From positions 1,568,001-1,632,000 of the forward strand of contig CAWIAD010000001.1 in NCBI GenBank assembly GCA_963833985.1: DNA of 64,000 nucleotides, in the 5' to 3' direction. This DNA is from an uncultured Planctomycetaceae bacterium. Its GTDB lineage: Bacteria; Planctomycetota; Planctomycetia; Isosphaerales; Isosphaeraceae. Below, one piece after another: positions 26,943-38,694 of this stretch. The notes beneath the pieces were generated by a model, which did not search any database, was not told the DNA's origin, and saw only the letters and a program-made list of their open reading frames with translations. Position numbers and translations under genes: made by a program. The first letter of the stretch is position 1; each line of letters opens with the position of its first letter.

Positions 26943-29900
26943 CTAGGCCGATTGCCGCGATGGCCTGGCCTGGGTCCTGGCCCTCGCTGCCTCGGCATGC
27001 TCTCTGACGCGCTGGGCTCTCAGCGGGTCGAGCGCCCCGGAGTAGGCCTCCAGGCAGGCAGCGGCTACCACTTCGATATGGAATCGCGACTGAAAGATCG
27101 CGCTGGCCCTGGCGCAGTGGGCTTCGTGCACGGTCGGTTCGGTCAGGTACCGCAAGAGTGCCGCTGTCAGAGCGTCCGTTCCGATCCGCGAGCGGAGATC
27201 AAGCGGCACCAGGGTCCCCGCCACACGGCTGCCGTCCGTAATCATGCCGGGGGCTGCGCCAGCGTCCGGGGCGATGACGGGAATGCCACGAGCCAGCGCG
27301 GCAGCCACCAGCGCGATCGACTCGGTCTGCTCCACCGCCTGCACGGCCAGCAATGCGTCGCAGTGTCCCAGTGCCAGAAGGGGGTCGATGTCGTCTGCCA
27401 CCCTGATGACGCAACCCGACGATAGGTATTCGAGATCCTCCGGGGGCTGGCTCTCAGGACCGGCGGCAGTCACCAGGCGAAGCGTGCGATGTCCACGGGC
27501 GTCCGCGGGCAGCCAGTTGATGTTCTGTATCGTCGCGACCGCGAGGCTCTCGTTCTTTTCGGGACGGCTCACCTCCAGGGACGAGGAGCACAAGGAAATC
27601 GCTTTTCTTTCTGCGGAGCCCCAGCGCCTCCTCTTGCGGTAGTGCGAAGGGGTCGAATCCTGGAGGCACCGTGAGCCGCCGTCGTGCGGGTGGTGCCGGT
27701 AAGTTCTCAAGCAGCCTGGACGCGCGCTCGCCATCCTCGCCACCTTCGGTTGCCGGGGCAAGCTGCTCCAGTCCCGGCCAGGCCGATGCGAGATTCCCCG
27801 CAGGATTTGCTTGGTATTCTTCTTCACCGAGCTGGCAGAACCAGGGGACCAGATGGGGTTTGCGGATGGCCTGCATCAGTCCATCCGCGGCGCCGGAGCA
27901 GGAGTGGATCACGTCGATTCGATGAATCCGGATGAGCTCCTCGATCACCCTGGCACGCGGAACATCGGACACTGCGTGACGGTGGGCTGATCGGTCTCTC
28001 CGAGCATCCGGTGAGATCGCCTCCGGGGCTTCCTCGAGGAAGACGACTCGCTGCTCGATGTGCGCGATCATGGAGGTGTCGGCCAGTGCCGGGCAGGCGA
28101 TACACAGAAACACGGTATGTTCCTGGGCCAGGGCGTTGGCTAGGTGGATGCACGCCAGTGTCTCGGCGGTCGGTGTCAGGTCCGCGACGACCAGCAAGAT
28201 CTTGATGTCCGAGCGCGGCGCCAGCCGGTCTCTGAAGATCTGGCGTATGTGCTTCAGGAGCGGTGCCGCCTTCGCGTGCGATCCCAGGTCCGGACGATCG
28301 AGAGAGAAGTGCTCGGTCAGCCAGTTGTATTCCTGTACGCTCTGACGCAGGCTGCGCAATCGCGCGCGGCGAGACCGGGAAGGTCTCGAACACGCGTGCT
28401 TTCACCAGGAGCGATTCCTCGACGTGGGTGTCACCGCGGACTGCCTCGCTGGAAACGGTCTGCTGGTGCCGGCGATAGATGTTCAGTGTCTCGGGAATGT
28501 AAGCCACCTTCCCGTGACGGAGCAGCATGGAATAGAAGAAGTGGTCGCCGGTGAACTTCAGTCTCGAGATTTCCTCCGCGAAATCGACCTCCGTTGGCCT
28601 GCGAAAAAGCACGGCGCTGGCGTTGGGAATGGTGTTTTTCTGAGAGAGGGCCAGTTCGACCTCCTCGGCACCGGTCGCTCGGTAGCGGGCCTGCCAGCGG
28701 CTCGGCGAGATGTCGCGCGTGTGGTCCAGGAAATCCGGCGCGAGGCTCTGTCCGTCCGGACCGATCAGCGCGGACTGGCAGTACGCGAGCACGACCTCGG
28801 GATCATAGAATTCGGGGACGAGCCGTTCCAGGAACTCGCGATGGCAGGTGTCGTCCGATTCGGCGATCCAGACCAGGTCGCCGGTGGCCAGCTTCAGCCC
28901 CTTGAGCCACTGCCGGAACGTGCTGCCGCTGTTCGTCTCGTTGCTGATGATATGCATGGGAACGGGCGATTCCGCGGCCAGCCGGTGGCGCCACCTCCAA
29001 ACTGTCATCGGGTGAGGCATCGTCCAGGAAGATGATCTCGCGCGGCGCGTGCGTCTGACGGAAGATGCTCCGAAGCCGTTCCTCGAGATAACTCGAGTGG
29101 CGGTAGCTCGGAACGATGACCGAGACGTCTAGCCGGCGTGGAGGGTGATAGTCGTACGATTCCTTGAGGATCGCCAGCAGACTTGCCATGAAGCGAGGCC
29201 ATGTCAGCGTCTCGCGCACAATGGCCCGACCCAGGCGGCCCATCTCCTGGCGCCTCGGGTCGTCCTGCAACAGGCTGAGGATCTCGTCGGCCATGGCCGC
29301 GACGTCCAGGTAAGGGACGGCGACGCCTGCCCGGTCCAGCACCTCGGGAGCTCCTCCGGCATCCTCGAAAGCGACCACGGGCAGACCACTCTCCATGGCT
29401 TCCAGGTTGACGATCGGGCAAGGGTCCTCGCGCGAGGTCAGCGCGAACAGGTCGGCCGCCAGGAAGTAAGGCACCGTGTCGCTACGCGGTCCGGTAAGGA
29501 TCACCCGGTTGTGCAGCCCGTGCAGGGCGGCATCGTGCATCAGCCAGTGGCGAATGTGCTCCTGATCCGAATGGCCGACCCAGACGAACCATGTCTTCTC
29601 GGCCAGCTCGCCCGCGCGAGGATCAATCAGTACGCGCCGGGCCACCTGGGCGAAGAGGTCAGCGCCCTTCCGCAGATCCACCGTGCCGCACCCCAGCACA
29701 ATCCGCGCATCGGTGGGAAGGTCCAGCTCCTTGAGCACGCGGGACCGTGCGAGTTCCCGGCTGATTCCGGACGTTCTGGGGGCTTGCCCGTAGTAAACCG
29801 CATGCACGATCGCCGGATCGACACCGAATTGTTCTACCCAGGCTTTCCGGACGATTCCGGCGGGCACGATGATCTGCCGCGAGACGGCCTTGATGCGCTC

Positions 29901-31550
29901 GACGGCCAGCTCGCCGCCGAACAGGTCCACCATCGTCGGCAGCTCGTGGATCCACGACAGGACCGGAACCTGATGCTCGGCGAATGCCGCGTGAAACTCG
30001 CTGACGGCCATTGTGTTGCAGATGGCCAGTCCCCTGCCGGCGTAGGCGGCGAATGCCTCGGCAATCACGCCCGGGAGTTCGCTCCGCGACATCCCGTACT
30101 GGACAAGCTCGCTCATGTCCAGCGTGGGAGCCACACGTGCAAATTCTTTCGCCAGCTCGCCTCCCTGCTGAAGGACAATCCAGCACTCCAGATCCGGCAG
30201 CTTGGTGAACTCCTCCGCCAGGTGCAGCAGGCAGTAGGCGCATCCGGTGCGGCAGGCGGCATGCGAGATGAGCAAGAGTTTGAAGCGCCCCGAGCTTCCC
30301 TTATGCCGCCCGGCCTTCTCGCCGTTGAAACGCCAGCCCAGGCTGGTGAAGGCGGTTTGAGGGTCATCGGCAAGCTTTCCCGGCATGCCGCTGTTCGTCC
30401 CCTTGCTCCCGTCACGGCGCCTGGTCGTTTTGAGCTTGCGCTGGATCTTGGCATGCGCCTTCTGGAAAGCGACACGCATCCCCGAGGCGGCGGAGACGCG
30501 CACGAAGCCAGCAAAGGCGTTCCAGCACTTGCCCGAGAGCCGGCCGTCCCGGAACAGCCGCATCCTCAGGCCGCGTGCCTTCTGCATGAGCGCCCATGCC
30601 GCGCTGCGCTGGAAGCGCTCGATCTCCTCCGTCAGATCGCGATTCTTTTGCTCGATCAGGCTCAACTTGTTGCGCAGGACCACCGTTTCACTACGTCTGC
30701 CCGGAGCCGGAATCTCCGGGCCGTGACCGGCCTGGTCCGGATGAGCGTCCAGGCGCGTCCTTGCCGGACGGTCGGGCTCGCCTAGGTCGGGAATGAGCTC
30801 TTCGGACCCGCCGCTCTGGATGTGTTTCTGAAGGTCATCACGCAGCAGACGGTCGAGCACGGCCTGTCCCAGGTGGGTGTAGGTTCTTCGAATCTCGTCG
30901 CGCAGCCGCGGCTGGAGGCCGGCGTCCAGCAGTGCCCTGACTTGCTCCGGGATCGCCGCGCCCACCCCAACGACTCCCATGCCGTAATCGTGCAGGAACT
31001 CGAAGGTCGGATACTCCCCGGCAAGCTCATCAAAGAACCGTCCGACGCTTGAAGCATGCATGTGATGGTTCGTTCGCTGCACGAGCACGATGCTGGAGTC
31101 GGAAAGCTTTGGCAGCCAGAGATCAAGATCGTCCCGGAGCGCGGGGCCGTTCGGCGCGGGCTGGAAATGGAGCAGGTCAACCGATCCGTCCTCGAACTCA
31201 CAGACCTCCTCCGGGCTGGTTGCATCAATCAATCGGGAGAACTGGCGGAAACACTCGTTGTTCACTTCCTGAGCCTGGCGATCGAGGTGGCTCCCAATCG
31301 GCGCAGCGCGATGCTCGTGGCGGTGAGGCTCCAGGGCGAAGCACCGTGCCTGATGCTCGAGCGACCGGACTGCCTGGCAGCACGCAAAGTATGTGTTCCC
31401 CGGCTTGGCCGTCTGTTCCACGATGACCCGGGGGCGTGCCGCGTCCACCAGCCAGAAGAGGAAAGGGACGTGGCGCAGACCGGAGAGTGGTCGGAAGACA
31501 TGCTCCGGCGTCCAGAACGAGGCGGCGGACAGGTACCGCGAAACATCCAT
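26943..31550 (-). CDS. Large multidomain glycan polymerase-like protein (degenerate methyltransferase, coiled coil, GT4, GT2, GT4-like) with three frameshifts
   Basis: Consecutive overlapping ORFs 28803..31550, 27824..29020, 27454..28359 and 26943..27827 join at about 28995, 28345 and 27825. Motifs include RKGADLF, SREDPCP, VIVPSY, LDDASPD, WIAESDD and IPNASAVLFR. Confidence 0.8.
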
Positions 31551-32021
31551 GTTCTACGTTCCCTTCATCCTGTTCGGAAACCGCGGAGCAGTCCTCATCC
31601 AGACTGCCTCGAGCATGGCCCGTTCCCTGGTCCGGGCAAGCCGCCGGATCATCCTGGCTCAGCAGCGCCGTGGCCTTACCTCGAAATCGAATTCTCGATT
31701 TGCTGGAGCAGCCCAGTGACATGACCGAGAATGTGCAGGTTTATACTCCTGGTGTCGACCATGAGTCAAGCTGACTCAAGACCATCGCGAAACCCGCACT
31801 TGCACGCATCATGAAGCTGGCAGCCCGAGTTGAGATCCGTGATCAGGCTTGCTCAGCGACGCATCGCGTATCGGGCGGGTTGCCAGGTGGATCGCATTGC
31901 AGGCACAAATGGCAACTGGACAGCCAACTGGGGTTCCTGGCTTGCCTGGCAGTTGCATGAGACGGGTCGCCCCGGGAAAGTCGAGATGACTCGCCCCCGG
32001 AACGCCCCGCGGATGGTACGT

Positions 32022-33146
32022 TCACCCAGCCAGGAGCTTCCTCACCCGTCGCCGTGCTTTCAGGACCTGGCCGAGCACGGGATGCGATTCGAGCCTGGCG
32101 CGCTGGTCACGCAGACGCTGGCACTCCTCCTGGGCACATCGCGCTGCTTCCTCCGCGAGGGAGAGCGCCTTGCGGGTACTGGCAAGCACATCTTGCCTTT
32201 CCACCAGCGCCTCGAGTGCCTGTTCGAGCTCTGTCTGCACCTGGTAAAGGCGATGCTGATGATCGCTCTCCTGGACCAGATCCTGGGCTCGCCTCACGAG
32301 ATTCTGGGCCATGGACTCGCACTTGCGCGAGTCGCGTGCCAGTAGCCATCTCGTCCGCTCCGCCTCGCTGTCAGAACGCTTCTCTCCGCCCAGTTCCTCA
32401 TAAAGAGGCTGCGCCGGGTGTGCGACGCCGGCGGGTTCTTGATGCACACAGGATTGATCGAAGACGCGCAGGGCTCTGGCTTCGTCCCAGGCCAGCCCGC
32501 AAAAGGTCGTGGCTCGCGCGAGCGCGTCCAGATAGGTCTTGCTGCCGAACACGATCGCTTCGCTTACCTGCGCCTCGTTCGTCAGGATGGCTTTCAGCCG
32601 TGCGAAGTGGACAGCGACCACATCCAGCGCCGTCCAGTAGCCGACCGCTCCAGCGCTGCGGCTACAGAGACTCATGGCGATTTCGTGCGGCGAGCGCAGC
32701 AACGGGACGAGCACGACCCGAACGGAACTGCAATCCATCAGAACGCGCCGCCAGAACGGCCACGTGAGCACGGTCCGCGGATCTTTCACACCCGAAATGG
32801 GTCCCGAATCGATCATTCCGGCGATGACGCGCCGGCCCTCCTCGAAGAGTTCTTCGGGAATCTCCACGTCGTCCGGCCACGCCCCCTCGCTTTCGAGGAA
32901 CCGGGCCAGCACCTCATCCGTCGCCGGGACGTCGTCCCGAAACCCCAGTGCGATCTCCTGCACCTTGCGGTTCAAGGCATGGAAAGGCAGTGATTCGTAG
33001 TGCCCGTGGATATTCGTGGGGCTCGCTCCCACCAGTGGGTAAGGACCGAGCGACATTCCCAGTTGCTCGAACATGCTAGCCGTGAGGCTTGATCCGCTCC
33101 TGTGCATACAGAGCAGAAAAGCGATGGTCTTGGTGTCTGAATGCAT
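32022..33146 (-). CDS. Sulfotransferase-family protein with a C-terminal coiled coil
   Basis: MHRSGSSL PAPS loop, GHYE, VKDPRT and RSPHEIAMSL motifs; heptad-rich tail. Confidence 0.85.
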   Translation of the reverse strand: MHSDTKTIAFLLCMHRSGSSLTASMFEQLGMSLGPYPLVGASPTNIHGHYESLPFHALNRKVQEIALGFRDDVPATDEVLARFLESEGAWPDDVEIPEELFEEGRRVIAGMIDSGPISGVKDPRTVLTWPFWRRVLMDCSSVRVVLVPLLRSPHEIAMSLCSRSAGAVGYWTALDVVAVHFARLKAILTNEAQVSEAIVFGSKTYLDALARATTFCGLAWDEARALRVFDQSCVHQEPAGVAHPAQPLYEELGGEKRSDSEAERTRWLLARDSRKCESMAQNLVRRAQDLVQESDHQHRLYQVQTELEQALEALVERQDVLASTRKALSLAEEAARCAQEECQRLRDQRARLESHPVLGQVLKARRRVRKLLAG

Positions 33147-34198
33147 CCTTTTGCACCGTCTTGCCGACGGTCCTCAGCGTTCACCCAGATCAAAATGTGC
33201 TGGGTATTCCCCAATGCACCTTGGATTTCTCGGACAATCCTGCGCACGCGCTGGAGTAAAGAGAAAGCGATTGCGTCCTCGCTCGCTTGCTCTGGTTCGA
33301 TGAAGTCGTGAAAAATCCATCGACGGCGACAATATCGGTGATGCCCGGGCGATTAGATACTGCTTTTCTCCGGACCGCACAAGCCGGCATTGACATCGTC
33401 GGGCGTTTTATCACCCGCCCCTGCTCGTCATCCGTGGTCACAGACGCGCGTCCGTAGCCAACGAGAGATCTGGAGATGCTGAAGCAGAATCGCGACTGCG
33501 GCTTTTTCTGCCGGATGCGGGGAACTGAACTGGTTCGACCGTCCCGGTTCTGATTGACAGGTCCGAGGGATCGAAATACTCTCTGTCCGGATTCGGCCGG
33601 CAGGGCCGCTCGCTTTCTCCGGTTTCTGCGAGTGTCTTTCGCCATCGCAGCTTCCTGACCAGGGATGGCACGGCACCGGCGTGACCCGGTACGTCAATCT
33701 TATCGATGATCCGGTGAGCTTGATGATGCGCGAGCGATGAGTGTTGTGAAAATGAACGGATCACATTCCGTACAGGATGTCGCTGGTCTTGCATTTGCGG
33801 GCCAAGCTCTCTGTCAAGTTGGGTACGGTTGACGGCACCTCCCCTTGCAGGCCACGCATATTCAGCGTCGCATGCGGCCCACCAGGTGCTTGTCCTCCAG
33901 GGCAGTTGGCTTGCGCCGATCGGATGCTGACGACACCAGCTCTCTTCGGCAAAAACGCGGGTGTCGCCATGACCGCTGGCATTTGATTGTTCACGAAGCG
34001 TCTGGCCGCAGAACGGCCTGCCGCCGGCTGTCCCCTGGAGGATCCGTAGTGGGCACCGAACCAGGCTCGTGCGGTTGTGACGCTCAGACCACCTCACCCG
34101 CTCTACCAAGGTACCGGCCGTTCCTGACCTTCAGTGTCCGCGTGTGCAAGGCGATACCCAAACTGGCGAACCGTCGCTGGGTCGCTCACCGGGGCAGG

Positions 34199-36298
34199 AT
34201 GGCGCTCAACCGGTCGCGAGGCACCGCCAGGCTCTTGTTCCGCCCGTACTGGCTGGCCGCTAAAGATTTCTTCGGCCAGGATCGTCAGCGCGGTCCTGGT
34301 GTGTCGGCCTTGCCACGCTTCCCCTTCCACGATCCCGTTGTCGCATCGGTGATCATTCCGGTTTTCAACCACTGGCAAGACACTCTGAACTGTCTCGATT
34401 CCATCGCCCGGCTCACAGGCGAGCCATCCTACGAGATCATCGTGGTTGATGACGGCTCCAGCGACCAGACCGCTACCATGCTCGGGCAGATTGACGGCCT
34501 GCGCGTGGTGCGGAACGAGGGCAATCTCGGTTTCGTCTCCTCTTGCAATCGTGGCGCGGAGGTCGCGCGCGGCGAGTATCTCGTGTTCCTGAACAACGAC
34601 ACGGTGGTCACGGCTGACTGGCTGCGGGCGCTGGTGCAGACCTTTCGCGACATCCCGGAGGCCGGGCTCGTCGGCGGCAAGCTTGTCTATCCAAACGGGC
34701 GTTTGCAGGAAGCCGGTGGCGTGATCTACCGGGATGCCAGCGGCTCGAATTACGGCAAGTTCGACGATCCGGACCATCCCAGGTACAACTTTGCCCGCGA
34801 CGTCGATTATTGCTCGGGCGCCTGCGTGATGATTCCGAGGACCCTGTTCAAACAGTGCGGGGGGTTCGACGCGATCTACAAACCGGCATACTACGAGGAT
34901 ACGGACCTCGCCTTCAAGGTTCGACACGCCGGCCACAAGGTGGTCTACCAGCCGCTGGCCCGGATCATCCATCACGAGGGCCTGACCTCGGGCCTGAGCG
35001 CCCGCAAGGGCGTCAAGTCCTATCAAGAGGTCAACCGGGGTAAGTTCCGGGAGCGGTGGCACGATCGACTGGCGGATTACCCCGAGCCGACCGGGGGACC
35101 GATCCGGATCGTCCGCGCGAATGGCCCTGAGGGCGGTTCGGGCCACGGCCGCGCCGGGCAAGTGCTGGTCATCGATCATCGGCTTCCCACGCCCGACCGC
35201 GATTCCGGTTCGTTGCGTATCTTCGAGATCATCCGCGCCATCAGGAGCAGGGGCCATCATGTTGCGTTCTTGCCCGACGACCTCGCCGTCCGCTCCCCCT
35301 ATCAGCAAGCTCTTCAGGCCATTGGCGTCGAGGTGATCCATCACCCCTACTACCGGTCGGTCCGGTCCTTTCTCAGGCAGCATGGCGACGAGTTCGACCT
35401 GGTGATCCTCTCCCGGGCCGAGATCGCTGCCCGCCACATGGCCGTGGCGCGCCGGCTTGCCCGGCGGGCGAAGATCGTCTTTGACACGGTCGATCTCCAC
35501 TTCTTGCGCGAGGAGCGCTCGGCGCGGCTACAGCAGGCTCACGGCGCACACGCTGCCGCGGTCCGCCGCAAGCGGCAGGAGCTTGAGCTGGTACGGGCCG
35601 CCGACATGACGCTCGTGGTTAGCCCGATCGAGCGCGAGCTGATCGGGGCAGAGTGCCCGGACGCCGATGTCCGCATCCTCTCGAACATCCTGCCGCTGGA
35701 CGAGAGGCCGATTCCCGGCCATGGCGGCCGGCGGACGATCGTCTTCATCGGCGGTTTCGAGCATCCCCCCAATACCGACGCGGTCCTTTACTTCGCGCGT
35801 GACATCTTTCCCATGGTCGCCGAGCGCATCCCGGAGGCCGTCTTCCAGGTGATCGGTTCGTCGCCCACCCCGGAGGTCTTGAAACTGGCCGGCAGTCGAA
35901 TCGAGGTCCTCGGTTATGTCCCTGACGTCGGGCCTTACTTCGACCAGGCCCGGCTCAGCGTCGCGCCGCTACGCTACGGAGCGGGCGTGAAGGGCAAGGT
36001 CAACCAGAGCATGGCACTGGGCGTTCCCGTCGTGCTCACGTCCATGGCCGCCGAGGGGATGGGCCTGGTGCACGGGCAGCACGCCCTGATCGCCGATGAT
36101 GACGCCAGTTTTGCCTCCGCCATGGTTCACGTCTGGACCTCGAGCGAGCTCTGGGAGCAGCTTTCTCGCTCCGGCCGCCAGCATCTTCGCGAGCATTTCT
36201 CGGTGCAAGCCGCGACCAGGCGCATCGACGATCTGCTGATCTGGGCAGGCCTTCATGGCGCGATCGCAGAAGTGAGCACCCACAGGAACGGAACTTGA
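34199..36298 (+). CDS. Bifunctional GT2-GT4 glycosyltransferase
   Basis: SVIIPVFN, VVDDGSSD, FLNNDT, LQEAGG and YYEDTDL motifs, then a GT4 domain. Start uncertain (ORF open from 33845). Confidence 0.9.
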   Translation: MALNRSRGTARLLFRPYWLAAKDFFGQDRQRGPGVSALPRFPFHDPVVASVIIPVFNHWQDTLNCLDSIARLTGEPSYEIIVVDDGSSDQTATMLGQIDGLRVVRNEGNLGFVSSCNRGAEVARGEYLVFLNNDTVVTADWLRALVQTFRDIPEAGLVGGKLVYPNGRLQEAGGVIYRDASGSNYGKFDDPDHPRYNFARDVDYCSGACVMIPRTLFKQCGGFDAIYKPAYYEDTDLAFKVRHAGHKVVYQPLARIIHHEGLTSGLSARKGVKSYQEVNRGKFRERWHDRLADYPEPTGGPIRIVRANGPEGGSGHGRAGQVLVIDHRLPTPDRDSGSLRIFEIIRAIRSRGHHVAFLPDDLAVRSPYQQALQAIGVEVIHHPYYRSVRSFLRQHGDEFDLVILSRAEIAARHMAVARRLARRAKIVFDTVDLHFLREERSARLQQAHGAHAAAVRRKRQELELVRAADMTLVVSPIERELIGAECPDADVRILSNILPLDERPIPGHGGRRTIVFIGGFEHPPNTDAVLYFARDIFPMVAERIPEAVFQVIGSSPTPEVLKLAGSRIEVLGYVPDVGPYFDQARLSVAPLRYGAGVKGKVNQSMALGVPVVLTSMAAEGMGLVHGQHALIADDDASFASAMVHVWTSSELWEQLSRSGRQHLREHFSVQAATRRIDDLLIWAGLHGAIAEVSTHRNGT

Positions 36299-36301
36299 CC
36301 G

Positions 36302-37260
36302 ATGATCGCTCAGGCAAGCAAGGCACAGGTGTGGTTCTGGGTCGAGAAGGCGCGACACCGGCTGGGCGCGGCGTCGCCGATCCCGGACCCTTCCGCCTGG
36401 CACGAAAGCGTGCGGCTGCACGTTTTTGCCGACCGCGCAGCGTACTGCGATCACCGGGCGCAGCTTCACGCGGAGTACGCGGAGAGAAAGCGGCTTTTGC
36501 AAGAACTGGCCTCGGGTGGATCGAGAGTCGATACCGAGGCTTTCTGCATTGCCTGCCACAAGCGGCGGGTCTTCCGCACCGCTGCCGTAGCGCATGGTGG
36601 CGGTCCCGGGGCCGACCTGAACTGGCGTGAGGGGTTGATCTGCCGGCGTTGTGGCCTCAATAGCCGGATGCGGGCCTCGATCCACCTCTTGTTTTGGGCC
36701 ATCGCGCCCGGCCACATCATCGTCTTTACCTGACCGAGCAGATCACCGCCCTCTATCGCTGGACCAGGCTGCGCTTTCCCGGGGCGGTGGGAAGCGAGTA
36801 CTTGCCGGCACGGCGCGGCCGCACTCGCCTGAGCCGTTCCTTGCTCCGGCACGAAGACCTCACGGCGCTCAGCTTCGCGGACGAATCATTCGATGCGGTG
36901 GTCTCGCTCGAGGTCATGGAACATATCCCGGATTTCCAGCGGGCGTTCCTGGAATGCGCCCGGGTGCTGAGGCCAGGCGGACGGCTGCTGCTGAGCGTGC
37001 CGTTCCACGGCGGGCCGGAGCACATGCTGCGCGCCCGCGTGCGAGCCGACGGAGGCATCGAGCATCTGCATTCCCCCGAGTACCACGGCGATCCTCTCTC
37101 CACGCGAGGCTGCCTTTGCTTTCACCATTTCGGCTGGGACATTCTCGATCACCTGAGGGCGGCGGGCTTCCGCCAGGCACGAGCCTGCGCCATCTGGTCG
37201 CGCGAACTGGGTTACCTGGCGGATGAAGGCGAGATTCTCCAGTTCGTCGCCGTGAAATGA
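36302..37260 (+). CDS. Class I SAM-dependent methyltransferase, frameshift near 36712
   Basis: NWREGLICRRCGLNSRMRA continues in another frame as LYLTEQ...EVMEHIPD...RVLRPGG...PEYHGDP. It is a paralog of the N-terminal domain at 19930. Confidence 0.8.
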
Positions 37261-37317
37261 CCCGGCGACTCAAGCGTCGTTGAGCCGGCCGGAATTCGCC
37301 GGTGGGAGGGAACCGAG

Positions 37318-38478
37318 GTGTTCGGGATCTACCGGTACGGGCTGGCTTTCTGCGTGGCGATCAGCCATCTCTGGGGCGGTATGATCCCCGGACCGGCCGC
37401 CTACGCCGTGTGGGGCTTTTATTGCCTCAGCGGCTATCTCATGACGCGGGTGCTCAATGAAAAGTACGGTTTCACGCCGCGTGGCCTCGCTCGCTTCGCG
37501 GTCAACCGCACTCTCCGGATCTACCCGGCATATTACGCGGTCTGCATCGGGATGTGCCTGATCTTCCTGGCCTTGCCCGGTACCGCCAGCCGGTTCCTGT
37601 CCCAGCTGCACATTCCCAGGACGTGGCAAGGATGGCGGTACACGCTGCTCCTTGTAACCGCACCTGATGACAATGAACTGCTGCATGGTTCGCGCGCCTT
37701 GCGCGTGGAGCTCTGGTTCTACGTGGCCATCGCGCTGGGCCTGGGCAGGGGCCGTTGGACAGCTCGGTTCTGGTTTTCCGCCAGCGCGCTGTACACGATC
37801 TGGCTGCTGGCCGTTCGCACGCCGTTTCCGCAGCGTTATGTTTACATACCAGCCTGCTCACTGGCGTTCAGTTTCGGCAGCCTGATCTATCACGAGCGGG
37901 CCAGGATGCCGATCATCACGCGCCCTCAGGCTGCCCTGGCCGCGGCCTGCCTCTGGTGGCTGCACGTCTGGTTGGCCCAGCATCTTCCGTACGGGCCCCT
38001 GGTCTTCGGCCTTTACTCATCCCTGCTCGTCTCCGGGGTCGCGATGGTTTGTCTGATGCGTTTGGAGCCCCGTGAGCTGCCCTCATGGTTCGTCCGGATG
38101 GATCGGTGGGCTGGAAATCTCAGCTATCCTGTTTACCTTTGCCACTGGGGTGTGGGCATCATGGTGAGCTGGCTGCTGCGGGGCGCTGACAGAAGCAATC
38201 CACTCGTCTTTTGCATTGGCTTTCCGGTAGTGAACCTGTTCTCCTGGTGGATCTATCGGCTTGTGGAGCGGCCGCTCCAGGCCTGGAAACTGCCCGCTCC
38301 GGGGCCGCAGCGCGCGGCCGGCGGTGGATCGGCTTCTGGCCCCTGGAAGGCCACTCGCGCGGGCTCGGTGTCGATGCAAGCGGGGCACGAGCATGGCGGC
38401 TTCGGAGCTCACCTTCCAGGAAACCCTGAGAGACCCGCGCACAACGGACAGAGCCAGAATGGCTCGGCTCGGGTATGA
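37318..38478 (+). CDS. Acyltransferase family 3 (OafA-like) membrane protein
   Basis: FYCLSGYLMT, RTLRIYP, ELWFY, GNLSYPVYLCH and VERP motifs; multiple TM helices. Confidence 0.85.
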   Translation: MFGIYRYGLAFCVAISHLWGGMIPGPAAYAVWGFYCLSGYLMTRVLNEKYGFTPRGLARFAVNRTLRIYPAYYAVCIGMCLIFLALPGTASRFLSQLHIPRTWQGWRYTLLLVTAPDDNELLHGSRALRVELWFYVAIALGLGRGRWTARFWFSASALYTIWLLAVRTPFPQRYVYIPACSLAFSFGSLIYHERARMPIITRPQAALAAACLWWLHVWLAQHLPYGPLVFGLYSSLLVSGVAMVCLMRLEPRELPSWFVRMDRWAGNLSYPVYLCHWGVGIMVSWLLRGADRSNPLVFCIGFPVVNLFSWWIYRLVERPLQAWKLPAPGPQRAAGGGSASGPWKATRAGSVSMQAGHEHGGFGAHLPGNPERPAHNGQSQNGSARV

Positions 38479-38694
38479 TAACGGCTTGTGTCCTGTGCTC
38501 TGATCTCCGTTCCCCGGTTTTGCAGGGCTGTGTCGTTCTCTCCGCCGAGTCCCCTGATCCGTCCTTCGACCGGCTCCTTTTCGAGAGAGCAGCCACCCGG
38601 TTGCTCGATCCACGTCCAGAGCGAGATCAGGATGGGGCGCTGGTGTCCAGTTCCGCGGGAATGAGACAGCCCTGCCACGCTCGCGAGATGGTCC

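Noticed and set aside
31560..34190. Long intergenic stretches flanking the sulfotransferase (31560-32020, 33150-34190)
   Set aside because: No recognisable protein motif, RNA gene or repeat found by eye; left unannotated.
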